A DNA stretch of 32,000 bases from Candidatus Saccharimonadota bacterium (GTDB lineage: Bacteria; Patescibacteriota; Gracilibacteria; UBA4473). The notes below the pieces were generated by a model. It was not told the origin of the DNA. It saw only the letters and a list, made by a program, of their open reading frames with translations, and made no database searches. The first letter of the stretch is position 1; every line of letters begins with the position of its first letter. A program made the translations under genes and the position numbers. The stretch lies in contig JAUIFI010000001.1 of the NCBI GenBank assembly GCA_030429505.1, forward strand, positions 390,001-422,000. Reading direction: 5' to 3'. Below, in pieces: positions 1 to 9,300 of this stretch.

Positions 1-1
1 C

Positions 2-325
2 ATCCCCTCCTTTCATTTAAAAACAAAAGGAAATGCCCTAGACTTCGGATATGTACAAACACGAGGAGAGTTAGATATAGCCATAAAAAACTTTGCAAAA
101 GTATTTCAAATACTAATAGAACTTGCAGAAATTGAAAAATCAGCTGAAAATTTAGCCCTTGAAATCGAAAAAACCAGACGAAGAGTCAATGCGCTTGAAC
201 ACAGGTTAATACCAGATCTAACCGACACACTCAAGTTTATAAAAATGAAACTAGACGAAGCCGAAAGATCTACCATTGTACAAGTTATGGCTATTAAAGC
301 CATGATTGAAAAACAGGCTGTTTAA
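2..325 (+). CDS. ntpD: V/A-type ATP synthase subunit D, C-terminal ~107 codons (5' end outside window)
   Basis: Frame +2 is open from base 2 to TAA 323-325. The translation ...FAKVFQILIELAEIEKSAENLALEIEKTRRRVNALEHRLIPDLTDTLKFIKMKLDEAERSTIVQVMAIKAMIEKQAV shows the conserved C-terminal coiled coil of subunit D (TRRRVNALE..IP signature). It is missing from the ORF track because it has no start codon in the window. The 106..303 minus ORF is its antisense shadow. Confidence 0.8.
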   Translation: MPSFHLKTKGNALDFGYVQTRGELDIAIKNFAKVFQILIELAEIEKSAENLALEIEKTRRRVNALEHRLIPDLTDTLKFIKMKLDEAERSTIVQVMAIKAMIEKQAV

Positions 326-351
326 TCCTTTCTATCCAATTTAATATCATC

Positions 352-1524
352 ATGAAAAAACTATTCCTACCAGCTCTCTTTCTCATCTTAAGCACATCTC
401 TATTCTCTGAAAATGTTTCTGCTCGAGAAATAAGTGATTATCTATATGAAAAAAATATCATTATTCCATTAGTACAAAAACAAACAACTATAGGCATAAA
501 CTTGGACGAAACTGTATTGAAACATACAAACCCTAAAAAATTTAGAGACATCAATATATTCGACAATGACAATAATACTGTTCCTTTCAGAATTTATTCT
601 GAACCCGCCCAAAAAGTGGAGACACCCAAGGTAATAGAAGTGTCCTCAAATAAAAAAGGAAAACCTGAATACCTCGTAGATGGGGATATACTTACAACCT
701 TTTCTTTTGACCCAAAAGAAGAAGGTCCTGTATCATTTACCCTTGACTTAGGAGAACCTATGCAAGTAACGCGAGTAAACATTTTCGAAGATCAGATAAA
801 AAAACGAGTCAAACAAATTCAAATAACAGGAGGTTTAAGAAAAGACAAACTCAAAACTATTGTTTCAAAGCGTGCTTTTGACTGGCAATTTGATTTTAAT
901 TCTCCCACTATTCGGTTCTTACAAATAAGTCTGTGGGGAACAAGAGGTATAAACATAAGCAATACAAGAATATTTAGAAATACAAAAGCAAAAGTCTTTT
1001 TTGAGGCATTACCAGGAAAACGCTACAAAATACTTTACGGCAACCCAACCCTTGACTCCATCCTTTACACGGTATTAGACAAAGAAGAAAAAGCGCAAAA
1101 AGAAGTAACCCTAAGTAAACAAGATATAAACCCTCTCTTTCCGGAAGATTTTGATAAAGATGGCATCAATAATGATCTTGATAACTGTCCATTCGTTTCA
1201 AATCCTATGCAACGTGATTCTGACGAAGATCGCATAGGAAACGACTGTGACAACGCTCCCAAAAACAAAAATGCAAACCAGTATGACATTGATCAAGATG
1301 GTATTGGAGATGTTATCGACAACTGCAAACTTATCGCTAACCCAGACCAAAAAAATAAAGACAAAGATCAATACGGAGATGCTTGTGATAATGCCTTTGA
1401 AAACGAAACTTCAGGAAATAATATTAATATTACACCTGTATCTACTGGAAGCTTAATACTTCTCATCATAGTTTTACTCTTCATATTTCACCAAGCAAAG
1501 AAAGCCAAAAAAAAGAAAAAGTAA
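352..1524 (+). CDS. Secreted/anchored surface protein: discoidin-like domain + thrombospondin type-3 Ca-binding repeats + C-terminal TM anchor
   Basis: Signal peptide MKKLFLPALFLILSTSLFSENVSA. F5/8-type-C-like stretch LVDGDILTTFSF..VSFTLDLGEPMQVTRVNIF. Repeated DxDxDGxxDxxDNC motifs. C-terminal hydrophobic helix LILLIIVLLFIF followed by KKAKKKKK. Confidence 0.75.
   Translation: MKKLFLPALFLILSTSLFSENVSAREISDYLYEKNIIIPLVQKQTTIGINLDETVLKHTNPKKFRDINIFDNDNNTVPFRIYSEPAQKVETPKVIEVSSNKKGKPEYLVDGDILTTFSFDPKEEGPVSFTLDLGEPMQVTRVNIFEDQIKKRVKQIQITGGLRKDKLKTIVSKRAFDWQFDFNSPTIRFLQISLWGTRGINISNTRIFRNTKAKVFFEALPGKRYKILYGNPTLDSILYTVLDKEEKAQKEVTLSKQDINPLFPEDFDKDGINNDLDNCPFVSNPMQRDSDEDRIGNDCDNAPKNKNANQYDIDQDGIGDVIDNCKLIANPDQKNKDKDQYGDACDNAFENETSGNNINITPVSTGSLILLIIVLLFIFHQAKKAKKKKK
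1147..1392 (+). repeat. Coding tandem repeats: thrombospondin type-3-like Asp-rich calcium-binding motifs
   Basis: DFDKDGINNDLDNCPFVSNPMQRDSDEDRIGNDCDN / YDIDQDGIGDVIDNCKLIANPDQKNKDKDQYGDACDN. The D-x-D-x-D-G-x-x-D-x-x-D-N-C pattern recurs about 4 times. Confidence 0.7.
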
Positions 1525-1531
1525 AAATATT

Positions 1532-1560
1532 TTGTTCAAAAAAAAGAAACTCAGTACACT
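1532..1560 (+). promoter_or_regulatory. Putative sigma70-type promoter of clpP (TTGTTC-17-TACACT), only 8 nt from the ATG
   Basis: TTGTTC 1532-1537, 17-nt spacer, TACACT 1555-1560, then aaacacac and ATG at 1569. No SD sequence. Confidence 0.4.
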
Positions 1561-1568
1561 AAACACAC

Positions 1569-2201
1569 ATGAAAAATAACAAAAAAACAATGTCCTCTAT
1601 TACAGCGAATTATTTGATCCCAACCGTTATTGAAAAAACTGAAGGTGGGGAAAGAGCATTTGATATCTACTCACGACTCCTCAAAGAACGTATTATTTTC
1701 GTCGGAACAGCTATCGATGCCAGTATAGCAAACGTAATCATAGCTCAGCTCCTCTTTCTCGAATCAGAAGACAGCAAAAAAGACATCACTATGTATGTCA
1801 ACTCTCCCGGAGGGTCGGTATCCGCAGGACTTGCCATCATCGATACGATGAATTTTGTAAAACCAAATGTTTCCACAGTATGCGTTGGGATTGCTGCTTC
1901 TATGGGAGCGATGATCCTCATGAGTGGAGAAAAAGGAAAGCGGTTTATTCTCCCGCACTCAGAAGTCATGATTCATCAACCATTAGGAGGCGTCGAAGGT
2001 CAAGCTTCAGATATCGCCATTCATGCCGAACATATCCTTGAAACCAAGGAAATTCTCTACAACATGATTCAAAAATGTACTGGACAAAACCGCGATCAAA
2101 TAATAAAAGATTGCGATCGTGATAATTTTATCAAAGCTCTAGAAGCAACAAAATACGGAAAATACGGACTCGTAGATAAAGTTATCGAAAAAAGGTCTTA
2201 A
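1569..2201 (+). CDS. clpP: ATP-dependent Clp protease proteolytic subunit ClpP
   Basis: Full-length ClpP signature: [20 protein letters not shown], catalytic Ser in GIAASMGA, His in VMIHQPLGG. The start could alternatively be Met8 (1590). Confidence 0.95.
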   Translation: MKNNKKTMSSITANYLIPTVIEKTEGGERAFDIYSRLLKERIIFVGTAIDASIANVIIAQLLFLESEDSKKDITMYVNSPGGSVSAGLAIIDTMNFVKPNVSTVCVGIAASMGAMILMSGEKGKRFILPHSEVMIHQPLGGVEGQASDIAIHAEHILETKEILYNMIQKCTGQNRDQIIKDCDRDNFIKALEATKYGKYGLVDKVIEKRS

Positions 2202-2500
2202 GTCTCAAACAACCTTAAAAGAGCACTTCTATCATCATCAAGAGCTATTTTGTTTTTTCGAAGAACTCCGCATTTCGCACATCGAAAAATAATACTCTCC
2301 ATGCTTCCTCTTTTGACATCAATAGCAGTAGGAATAAGTGCCCCGTGACACTTTTCTGCTCTGTCTCCAGGATTAATGTCTATATGCAAAGATTGTAGAC
2401 ACTTTCGACAGTGATCTCGGCAAGTACTTTCCGCTGGTGGATTATAATGATTACAAAAATTGCAAAGAAAGCCGTCATTGATTTTCACAAACCTTTTCAT
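2198..2500 (-). CDS. RNHCP-domain zinc-ribbon protein
   Basis: [53 protein letters not shown]...FRCAKCG matches the RNHCP family pattern (C..C...R[ND]HC..CL.S.HVD..PGDR..C.G). The track start at 2551 is TTG; the ATG at 2500 gives the canonical family N-terminus. Its stop overlaps the clpP stop in a shared TTAA (2198-2201). Confidence 0.7.
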   Translation of the reverse strand: MKRFVKINDGFLCNFCNHYNPPAESTCRDHCRKCLQSLHIDINPGDRAEKCHGALIPTAIDVKRGSMESIIFRCAKCGVLRKNKIALDDDRSALLRLFET

Positions 2501-3229
2501 CACAATATCGCCGTGAATAAAACCTGTACCATCCTTGGAATTGATATACAACTCTTCTCTCGAGAAGAGCTTATAAAAACTGTAGAGGAAAAATTACGTC
2601 AAAACAAGTTCTGTCACATAGTAACCATCAATCCCGAAATGCTTGTTTATGCAGAAAAAAATAAAGATTTTAAAAACATACTAAAAAGCACCCTCAATAT
2701 TTGTGACGGAAGTGGTATATCGATCCTTGGAAGTCTTTTATATCACCAAAAAATTCCTCGTATTCCTGGAGTAGAGTTAGCTGAAATCATATGTACTATT
2801 GCCTCACAGCAAAAAAAATCTGTCTTTTTTCTCGGAGGATTCGAGGTAGCAAAAAAATCAGCTCAATATATAAAAGCAAAAATCCCATCCCTCCAAATCG
2901 CAGGAACTTTTGACGGAGATATCAATACATTGAACGAAGTACAAAAAACAAATCCCGACATTGCTCTCGTAGCTTTTGGATCTCCTAAACAAGAATATTG
3001 GATTCAGGAAAAAGGCACTCAAATCCCCTCTCTTCAAATCGGCATTGGTGTCGGTGGAACCTTTGATTTTTGGAGTGGAAAGATCAAAAGATCTCCTCGA
3101 TGGATGCAATTTCTTGGCATCGAATGGCTGTATCGATTATGCCAAGAACCTCAAAAACGCCTCAAACGCATCACAAATGCCGTCCTAATATTCCCCTCGC
3201 TAGTAATAAGAGAGAAAATAAAATTATAA
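2447..3229 (+). CDS. tagA: WecG/TagA/CpsF-family (GT26) glycosyltransferase
   Basis: ILGIDI..., VTINPEM, CDGSGI, FFLGG, AFGSPKQEYW, GVGGTFDFWSGKIKRSPRWMQFLGIEWLYRLCQEPQKR are typical GT26 motifs. The start is uncertain: GTG 2411 (track), ATG 2447, or GTG 2513. Only GTG 2513 avoids overlap with the divergent RNHCP gene. Confidence 0.85.
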   Translation: MITKIAKKAVIDFHKPFHHNIAVNKTCTILGIDIQLFSREELIKTVEEKLRQNKFCHIVTINPEMLVYAEKNKDFKNILKSTLNICDGSGISILGSLLYHQKIPRIPGVELAEIICTIASQQKKSVFFLGGFEVAKKSAQYIKAKIPSLQIAGTFDGDINTLNEVQKTNPDIALVAFGSPKQEYWIQEKGTQIPSLQIGIGVGGTFDFWSGKIKRSPRWMQFLGIEWLYRLCQEPQKRLKRITNAVLIFPSLVIREKIKL

Positions 3230-3240
3230 AAACTCCCCCA

Positions 3241-5970
3241 CTACAAAGATTTCCACACTGGACTCACAAAGAATGGTGTTTTGCCTTCAGTTTTCTTTAT
3301 CTCTGCATAGGTGCCATCACTTTTATGTACGAGATGAATTTCTAAAACCTCTTTCCCACCATCAGTTCGCACAGTTCTTATTTCTCCATTATCACGAATT
3401 TCTAAGCCAGATTTATTACCTTCTTTATAGAAAAACCTCCCATCCTTAACAGCTACAGAGACAACAAGTACTCGTTTACCATCTTTAGTCGGCTTATATA
3501 CATCTAATCGCTGATGTTCCTGAGGTTTAAGCTGTACCACATCTCCTTTTTTCAAAGATGGTTGTTCTCGTTCAAGTTGAAACTCTCTCCCTCGGTTAAG
3601 TTTTTTAATGACAATATCGTCACCACTTTTCCGAAATTCTAAACCTTTAAGATCTTTTGAACCATCGGCAACAATAGTAGAACCCGCATCAACCTTTCGA
3701 TATTCAAAAACACTCGCTCCTTCAGGTTTATAACGAATCCAGTAATTATTATTACGAAAAATAACACTCACATTTAGACTTTCCCATCCTCCTAGAGCTC
3801 TTCGGCGGTTACGAACAGATATAATTATATCATGTTTATTTAAAGGAATAGTAGCTTCTTTCCCTTTACCTGACAAAGTTTCACTCACTCTAGTTTCTTT
3901 ATACAAAGAACCTTCTTCTTTTGATTCTATCATCTTTTCTGAAGGAGCTTTCTTCTCCTTCTTTACAGAAGTTTGCTCCTTCGTTTGTGGCTTCGATGTC
4001 GGATTTCGTAAAGCTTCCATGACACCATCCCAATCCTGATTTCTGTAACGCTGAAGCAAATGATGTCCAATTCTCATAGAAGCAGTAGTCAAAAGGGTTT
4101 GCAAAACATTATCAGCTATATCTTCAGTAAAGAATTCAACTAACTTTTTATAAGAAAAACCACTCGCGAATAATTCATGCCCTAGCTGAATCGTAAATAA
4201 AGCCAAAGCCTCAGCACCTACAGCTCCCATGTACACCAAAGATGCTTTTAACTTTTTTCCAGCGACAGAAGTCGGATTCATAGCTTTAGATTTAGAAATA
4301 GAGTCAAAAATCTTAGAAACCATCGTACTATCAGAAGAGATTCTAAGATTTCTAGGAAGTGCCTTTATACCATTATGAACACTATAAAAAGTCCACATCG
4401 TTAAAGTACTCATAGCCGCTCTTTGAATCCAATCAGGAGAATCAAAGAACCATTCTTGTTCTATCAAAGCATCATGACAAGCCTCAAAAGCTACAGCATG
4501 AGGAGCAAAACGAACCCCTTGACCTATAAAACTACCAATCCTAGCAAATCTGGGAAAACTTGCTCTTACGCTCTTAGAAAGTACATTTGCAACCACTTCG
4601 GTTCCACGCCAAAGTTTGTTAATAGAAGATATTCGAAGAAATTGACGTAATATCAAAGAACTACCTTTCACAACACCTCCAGCTAGAACAAATTCAAGAC
4701 CTCCTGTAATAACCTGAGCAAGAACATTCTCTCCGCTATCAGAAAGATCCCACCAAGCAAGACCCAAAGCGCCTTCATATTCTCCAAAAATTTTTCTCTC
4801 CATGTCAGTCCAGCCTTTTTCACCTTGTAAATTATGATCATAAATAAAATTGGCAATCATCTTATTTTTTGAGTTTTGGAAGTGAAATTTTTTCAAATCA
4901 TCAACCATATCATCACGCATGGAAGCAGCCTCGCCAGAAATTTGCTTTTCTACATCCTCCATCATATTTTCACCTGGATTTTCTTCATACCATTGCTTTA
5001 TTTTCTGATCCCGAAAAGCAATATAATACTGATAACGCTGTTCATGAGAAAACTGATCTTCAACATCTTCCTCTGCATCCTTCCGTAATTCAGACTCTTT
5101 TCTCTTGAATTCTTTCTGAAAATCTTCACGCCGAGAAACATCATCAAAATGTTGTCCTAAAATCTCCACACACAAAGCTTGTGCCTGAGTAGAATGTCCT
5201 CCCATATGTGAATCTCGAAGCATCTGAATAACATTTAATCCATAGTGCAAAACTTGTTCACTATTCTGTACATCTCTCAAAATGCCCCCCTCAAATTGAT
5301 TTTGAGGAATCAGTCCAAAGAAGTGTGTTTCTTCTAATTCCAATAAATGTTTTTTAAAATTGGACATTCCATCTCGTTTACAAAATTCTTTCATAACATC
5401 ATCAAGATTAGAAAAAACAGGATTATCGTTATCTCCATTATTTATTTTAGGAAACATCAATTGCAATTGAAGATTGGAAATATTCTCTTCAAATATACAA
5501 AGTTCATTCCAAAAAAGATCAAAATCAAACCCAAAAGGATTCGAACGATTTATAAGATAAGCAAACCCTGAAAGATAATCCTCACCTTCTCCATTCTTAA
5601 TCACTGATTTCAAAGCCAATAAAAATGTAGTTAAAAATTCAAATTGTTTTAGCCGAGCTTCCTGGACAGAAGTAAGTTTTATCTCCTGCTCTTCAAGGTT
5701 CGTCGATAAAAGTGCATCAAACAAATCACTTTTTTGTTTATAAGAAAGTAATTTGATTCCTTCATCAGACTGAACTTGAGATTGAGACTCTTTATAGTAA
5801 AAGAAAGAAGAAAATTCTTTCCGATAATCTATCTTCTGATCCAAAGCATCCAAAGAACTCCACACCTCAGGATTATAAATATCAATAGAATCACGACGAG
5901 GAATCTCTTGCCAGATAAAACGTGTCAACTGCTCTTTCAATACCACATCTGATCGAAAAATATATTTCAT
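3241..5970 (-). CDS. 909-aa protein of unknown function (last gene of the SLT-giant module)
   Basis: Long uninterrupted ORF starting 9 nt downstream of the 138-aa gene. No signal peptide. Central cluster of Gly/Ala-rich hydrophobic/amphipathic segments (VLAQVITGGLEFVLAGGVVKGSSLIL, AAMSTLTMWTFYSV, ASLVYMGAVGAEALALFTIQLG; about nt 4051-4758). Ser/Lys/Glu linker, then a basic beta-rich C-terminal ~220 aa. I recognise no family. Confidence 0.85.
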   Translation of the reverse strand: MKYIFRSDVVLKEQLTRFIWQEIPRRDSIDIYNPEVWSSLDALDQKIDYRKEFSSFFYYKESQSQVQSDEGIKLLSYKQKSDLFDALLSTNLEEQEIKLTSVQEARLKQFEFLTTFLLALKSVIKNGEGEDYLSGFAYLINRSNPFGFDFDLFWNELCIFEENISNLQLQLMFPKINNGDNDNPVFSNLDDVMKEFCKRDGMSNFKKHLLELEETHFFGLIPQNQFEGGILRDVQNSEQVLHYGLNVIQMLRDSHMGGHSTQAQALCVEILGQHFDDVSRREDFQKEFKRKESELRKDAEEDVEDQFSHEQRYQYYIAFRDQKIKQWYEENPGENMMEDVEKQISGEAASMRDDMVDDLKKFHFQNSKNKMIANFIYDHNLQGEKGWTDMERKIFGEYEGALGLAWWDLSDSGENVLAQVITGGLEFVLAGGVVKGSSLILRQFLRISSINKLWRGTEVVANVLSKSVRASFPRFARIGSFIGQGVRFAPHAVAFEACHDALIEQEWFFDSPDWIQRAAMSTLTMWTFYSVHNGIKALPRNLRISSDSTMVSKIFDSISKSKAMNPTSVAGKKLKASLVYMGAVGAEALALFTIQLGHELFASGFSYKKLVEFFTEDIADNVLQTLLTTASMRIGHHLLQRYRNQDWDGVMEALRNPTSKPQTKEQTSVKKEKKAPSEKMIESKEEGSLYKETRVSETLSGKGKEATIPLNKHDIIISVRNRRRALGGWESLNVSVIFRNNNYWIRYKPEGASVFEYRKVDAGSTIVADGSKDLKGLEFRKSGDDIVIKKLNRGREFQLEREQPSLKKGDVVQLKPQEHQRLDVYKPTKDGKRVLVVSVAVKDGRFFYKEGNKSGLEIRDNGEIRTVRTDGGKEVLEIHLVHKSDGTYAEIKKTEGKTPFFVSPVWKSL

Positions 5971-5979
5971 AGTTTTAAA

Positions 5980-6396
5980 TTAAGTCCAATTATCAACCTC
6001 CGCCAAAACAGCATCATGATCTTCACCCGCTTCAAACTGCGCCTCCTTTTGTCTTAAAGCTTCTTGTTTATCTAAACGATATTGCGCTTTTTCATATGCT
6101 TTTTTATGAGCTTCTTCAGGGTTAATAGGCTGTGAAGATCCATATTTTTGAGCAATTTCATCCAATTTATCTCGTTCACGTTTCAATATACTGTAAAGCT
6201 TTCCAAGCTGAGCTTCACTCATCACTTCAGATAAAGTAAACCAATACTGCTTCTCCTCATCATCCATTGCCTCGGAACGAAGGATGAGCATTACGAGTTC
6301 CTTTTTTTCATTGAGTAACTTATCCGGAATCCGGAAATCCTTAATAGTTTTTCCAGATTTGGTTTTTACGTCTTGCAAATTAAACAACTGACTCAT
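5980..6396 (-). CDS. 138-aa acidic helical protein, unknown function
   Basis: The ATG overlaps the upstream stop (ATGA at 6393-6396), implying translational coupling. Contains the motif AMDDEEKQYWFTLSEVMSEAQLGKLYSILKRERDKL followed by a predicted coiled coil. Confidence 0.8.
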   Translation of the reverse strand: MSQLFNLQDVKTKSGKTIKDFRIPDKLLNEKKELVMLILRSEAMDDEEKQYWFTLSEVMSEAQLGKLYSILKRERDKLDEIAQKYGSSQPINPEEAHKKAYEKAQYRLDKQEALRQKEAQFEAGEDHDAVLAEVDNWT

Positions 6397-9300
6397 GGTT
6401 GAACGACAAAGTTATGTAATAAAGTCTTAAATACTGCCATATCAGCAAATACTATTTCACCATTTTTACCATCTTCCCGTATCAAAATTGCCTTTAATTT
6501 TCCTTTATGCTTTACAATCGCAATGTCAGATATTTTGTTAAGTTCCTGTAAAATACTCAATTCTATAGGACTCCCCTTGAGAACTGTATCAGCACCAGAT
6601 TCTCTTAGTTGAGAAAAGAAGGTATAAATAATTTGACGATGAGGTCCATTCATAGCCTCAACAACATCTTTGACCATCCTTTCGTTCTCTGATAAGTCAT
6701 CATTTTTTGCAAATTTTTGAAAAAGTTCTTTTGCCTTCAATGTAATATTATTCCCTTCATCATCCTTTCCTACCCAGAAAAATAAAGTACTTCCATCTTC
6801 CTGCTCCAAATCTTCCCAAAATCTAACTTTCTCAACATCATCAAGATCACCCTTTGACCTTCTGTTTTTAATATCTCGAATGTTAGAATCTTCATGCTCA
6901 GGAACATATTCTTCACCAGAGTCCTCAGCCATCCTACGTCTTATTTCATTTACAAACGCTTCATTCCGAAACAACTCATTTAGATTTTCATTAAAATTAT
7001 CAAAATCAACCCACAGACCATCAAGTTTTACCTTTAAGTCTCCTGAATCACTTCCAATAATACCTACATGAGGATTATTATTAATTTCAGGATCATCGTT
7101 TAAGAGAATCCGAATATCTGTTGGATATTGAGCGATATAATCAAGTGTTTTGTATGAAAGCGCCCCTTCTCCTTCAATTTCTCCAGAGTCCTTTGCCTCA
7201 ATATATGCCAAATCAGAAAAAAGGATAATAAATCTTTCAATATGGTCAGGATGAGAAATAAGATCCCATATCTTTTTATAAGCTTGCGTGATCTCTTCAT
7301 TCTGATCATTTTCGTCAGCAACAAATTCATTATTATCGTTGATATGTTCAAGAATATCAGCAAAAGTTATTTTGCTAAAGTCTGCCCCATAACTAAAGAG
7401 AATTTTCGTATTACTCTCCATAAGCGTAATAAGACTATTTTTATTAGTCTCTAAACGTGACTCTTGACGAGCATCAATCGCATCGGCAATAGCTTCATCA
7501 TCCCACGGAATTACATCTGTAGATCCCTTAAAACTTAAATTTTCTCCATTAAGCCATAAATCATTTTGAGATTCATAAATCTCTAACAAAGTTTCAATCG
7601 TTAAATTTTTTCCAGCCGCTACTCCTAAAATATTATCCTGACCCCTCTCAGCAAAAATAGTTTCAAGAGCAGAAAGATTGTTTTCCAACTTATAATGAGG
7701 CCATTCTTCCAAAGAATCTATATCAGAAATAGACATAGTTTTCTGCGGAGCATTCTGATCCTCATTATAAATTTTCAATAAATTATCTCGTTGTCTTTCA
7801 AAACCTTCTTTTTCCCGACGAGTATACTCTTTCACCGGTTTTCCAAGAATAACCTCTAATTCATCTCGAATTTCAGATGTTCGTTCTTCCTCATCTCCAA
7901 AAACATCTTTGAAAAGCAACATTACTTTTTGAAATAGTTTTGTAATACGCTCCCAAGTAGAAATACCACTTTGAGGAAGCCATGCATAAAAGTCCAAAGC
8001 CATCTTTCCGGTAGCAAGAACATATTTTTTATATAATCTTTCCCAACTTGTATCGAGATATTCATCACCTACAGTTCTCATTTTTCGATCCAAAAACTTC
8101 ATATCCTTTCCTTCTTTGAGGGTTAGCTCACGTAAACCATTCGCCTCTACAATTTCTTGATACAAAGCATCTGGATCAGTATCAAGACCACCAGCTATTT
8201 CCCGAAGTTTAGCTATATCAATAGTACTCGGAACCACCTCATCGACAGCCCCATCAATTAACTCATCCACCGATTTATCACCTAGTTCTTTTACACCCTG
8301 ATTTCGACCTTTAGGAGTGAAAAGACCTGTTCCATGTTCGGCTAAAGCGCTTCTCAATAATTCCATTTGATCAGGTGGAAATACAATTGCTAAAATACCC
8401 CCCGTTGGAAATCGAGACATACCTTCCGTAAAAGATGAAAAATCTCCTTCAAACACTTTTTCTCCAACACCTACCATATCTCCGAGACCTTCAGTTCCCC
8501 ACTGAACAGTTCTCTGATCAATTCCTACACCTTGCGAAGTACTCTCTACTTCACCCGAAGCTTTATCATACGCTTCTCCTACAGCTTTTGATTGCTTTCC
8601 AGCCTTATATTTCTCAATTGCCTGACGATTACCATAAGCCCATTCCGCCAGCTCAGCTTCAATAATAGATCTTACTTGAGATTTAATAGAATCCACACTC
8701 CCCTCCCCTGCTGCTTTCATTAAGTCAGGGTGTTTCTCTACTACTTGTGGATGTGCCAATAAATCTGTCAATTTTGGGGCCCCTACATCAGCCACTTTTT
8801 CAATTCTCTCGAGTTCTTCGTGAGAAGGTTCTACTTCAGAAATTCCCAGTTCTTGCTGTAAACTTCCAAAAAATTCATCAATACGAGCATGATCTATCGG
8901 TTTCGAATGGTCCTCCAAAAGCTTCGCAAAAGACTCCATCATAAATTGAGCATCTCCGACATCAAGGGATGTTTTTAACACAGTAAAAAACTCCGTCAAA
9001 AGCTCTCTCTCTGTCATATCAAAATCTTCTGATGGTTCAGCTAACCGTGCAATCGCTTTGTCTAAAACAGATCGAATACCAATACGCTCAAACACTATTT
9101 TCGAACAATCTTCCGCATACTGCTTTGGACTTTTTCTTCTTCCTGGAGCTTTTTGAGCAGAAATGTCATCAACAGTCTTTAAGTCTTTACCATTATTCCC
9201 ATACCATTTTACAGCTGCAATTTTAATTGCATCTGCCACTGAATTGCCATCTTTAAGAGCTTCTTCATAATACTCAAGCAGCACAGTTCCTGCTATCTTA

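Noticed and set aside
106-303. 65-aa minus-strand ORF from the track
   Set aside because: It lies antisense to a clearly conserved V-type ATPase subunit D reading frame. Its sequence is low-complexity Ser/Ile-rich, typical of a shadow ORF.
3244-3903. FHA-domain call for the C-terminal beta-rich region of the 909-aa protein
   Set aside because: There is superficial resemblance only (..SGDDIVI..). The conserved FHA Gly-Arg and Ser-x-x-His residues are absent.
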